Of a stretch of 64,000 bases of DNA, positions 62,968-64,000 are shown piece by piece (the stretch's first letter is position 1; the number at the start of each line of letters is the position of its first letter). Position numbers and translations under genes: made by a program. Source of the DNA: an uncultured bacterium (GTDB taxonomy: Bacteria; Chloroflexota; UBA5177; JANWHV01); assembly GCA_963729625.1 (NCBI GenBank), contig CAVSOU010000010.1, positions 512,001-576,000 of the forward strand, in the 5' to 3' direction. The notes beneath the pieces were generated by a model, which had not been told where the DNA came from, ran no database searches, and saw only the letters and a program-made list of their open reading frames with translations.

Positions 62968-64000
62968 ATGCAAGCATATGTTCATCTCGATGCCGAGCAC
63001 GGTGTGGGCCCTATCGACCGTCGCATCTTCGGTGGTTTCTTGGAGCATCTTGGTCGCGCGGTGTATGAGGGCATCTACGATCCAGAGAGCTCGTTGAGCG
63101 ACCGGCACGGCCTGCGGCAGGATGTGCTCGAATGCCTTCGTGATCTGAACATGCCGATAATCCGCTATCCAGGCGGAAATTTCGTCAGCTGCTACGACTG
63201 GAAGGACGGTGTCGGGCCGCGCAACCGGCGGCTCAGTCGCCCGGACTACGCCTGGCGCACGATCGAGTCGAACCAGTTCGGTACCGACGAGTTTATGGAG
63301 TGGTGCGACCTGCTCGGCACGCTGCCCATGCTGGCGGTGAATCTGGGCACAGGTGACACGACTGGTGCGGCAGCGCTCCTGGAGTACTGCAATCTAGCGG
63401 GCGGCACATACTGGGCAGACCGGCGTTGCGAGCACGGTCATGCCGATCCGTACGCGGTCAAGCTGTGGTGTCTGGGCAACGAGATGGACGGCCCCTGGCA
63501 GGCAGGCCATGTGCCCGCGGAGGTCTACGCACAGCGCGCCAATCAGGCAGGAACCGTGATGAAGGGCCTCGACCCGTCAATCGAGACCGTCGTGTGCGGA
63601 TCATCGCATCGCTACATGTCGACGTACATGGAGTGGGATCGTACGGTGCTGGATTACTGCTGGGACCACGTCGACTACATCTCCGCCCATCGCTACAGCC
63701 ACAACCACGCTGGCGACAGTGCCTGGTACCTGGCCGAGGGTCTGGAGATCGATCGCATACTGGAGGACTACGCGGGCTTGCTGGCCTATGTCCGCGGTGT
63801 CAAGAAGTGCGACAAGAGAGTCTTCTTGTCATTCGACGAGTGGAACGTCTGGTATAAGGACCAGGGCGGCGATGGGCAGTGGACCACTGCGCCGCATCTC
63901 TGCGAGGAGATCTACAACCTGGAGGATGCGCTGGTGTGCGCCCAGTACCTCACCAGCTTCATCCGGCACGCCGATACCGTGAAGATCGCGTGCATCGCCC
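62968..64000 (+). CDS. alpha-L-arabinofuranosidase, GH51 (3' partial)
   Basis: Not in the ORF track. MQAYVHLDAEHGVGPIDRRIFGGFLEHLGRAVYEGIY; RYPGGNF, WCLGNEMDGPWQ (acid/base Glu), FDEWNVW (nucleophile Glu). Confidence 0.95.
   Translation, partial: MQAYVHLDAEHGVGPIDRRIFGGFLEHLGRAVYEGIYDPESSLSDRHGLRQDVLECLRDLNMPIIRYPGGNFVSCYDWKDGVGPRNRRLSRPDYAWRTIESNQFGTDEFMEWCDLLGTLPMLAVNLGTGDTTGAAALLEYCNLAGGTYWADRRCEHGHADPYAVKLWCLGNEMDGPWQAGHVPAEVYAQRANQAGTVMKGLDPSIETVVCGSSHRYMSTYMEWDRTVLDYCWDHVDYISAHRYSHNHAGDSAWYLAEGLEIDRILEDYAGLLAYVRGVKKCDKRVFLSFDEWNVWYKDQGGDGQWTTAPHLCEEIYNLEDALVCAQYLTSFIRHADTVKIACIA

Overview
GC-rich bacterial chromosome segment of mostly core genes. Chloroflexota-like is an inference from Ala/Thr 'ATATA' linkers, WYFAEG/DUF5719-like surface proteins and an F420-type LLM. 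Housekeeping genes: groEL (no groES), DEAD-box helicase, hisB, glycerate kinase, homocysteine methyltransferase/MTHFR fusion, eno, gpmI, lepA, obgE, gatCAB, an RlmD-like methyltransferase, and divergent tRNA-Pro(CGG)/tRNA-Arg(CCT). Envelope genes: L,D-transpeptidase, GT2 + GT-C pair, two PAP2s, VanW-like and 3D-domain proteins. A LacI / sugar ABC / GH51 arabinofuranosidase locus lies at the right end. I saw no CRISPR array, transposase, integrase or recognisable riboswitch. Best leads: (1) an intact NYN/PIN nuclease domain behind a ~660-aa charge-blocked disordered region with an RNase E-like RRRGRRGRRGGRGRRR motif; (2) a radical SAM gene, then a membrane-anchored Roadblock/MglB-domain gene whose stop overlaps the obgE start; (3) a Zn-ribbon/TM protein with a very long Ala/Thr repeat stalk; (4) recurrent leaderless -10/start architecture; (5) two apparent +1 frameshifts and several degenerate active sites. 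All family calls are from motif recognition by eye; no searches were run.
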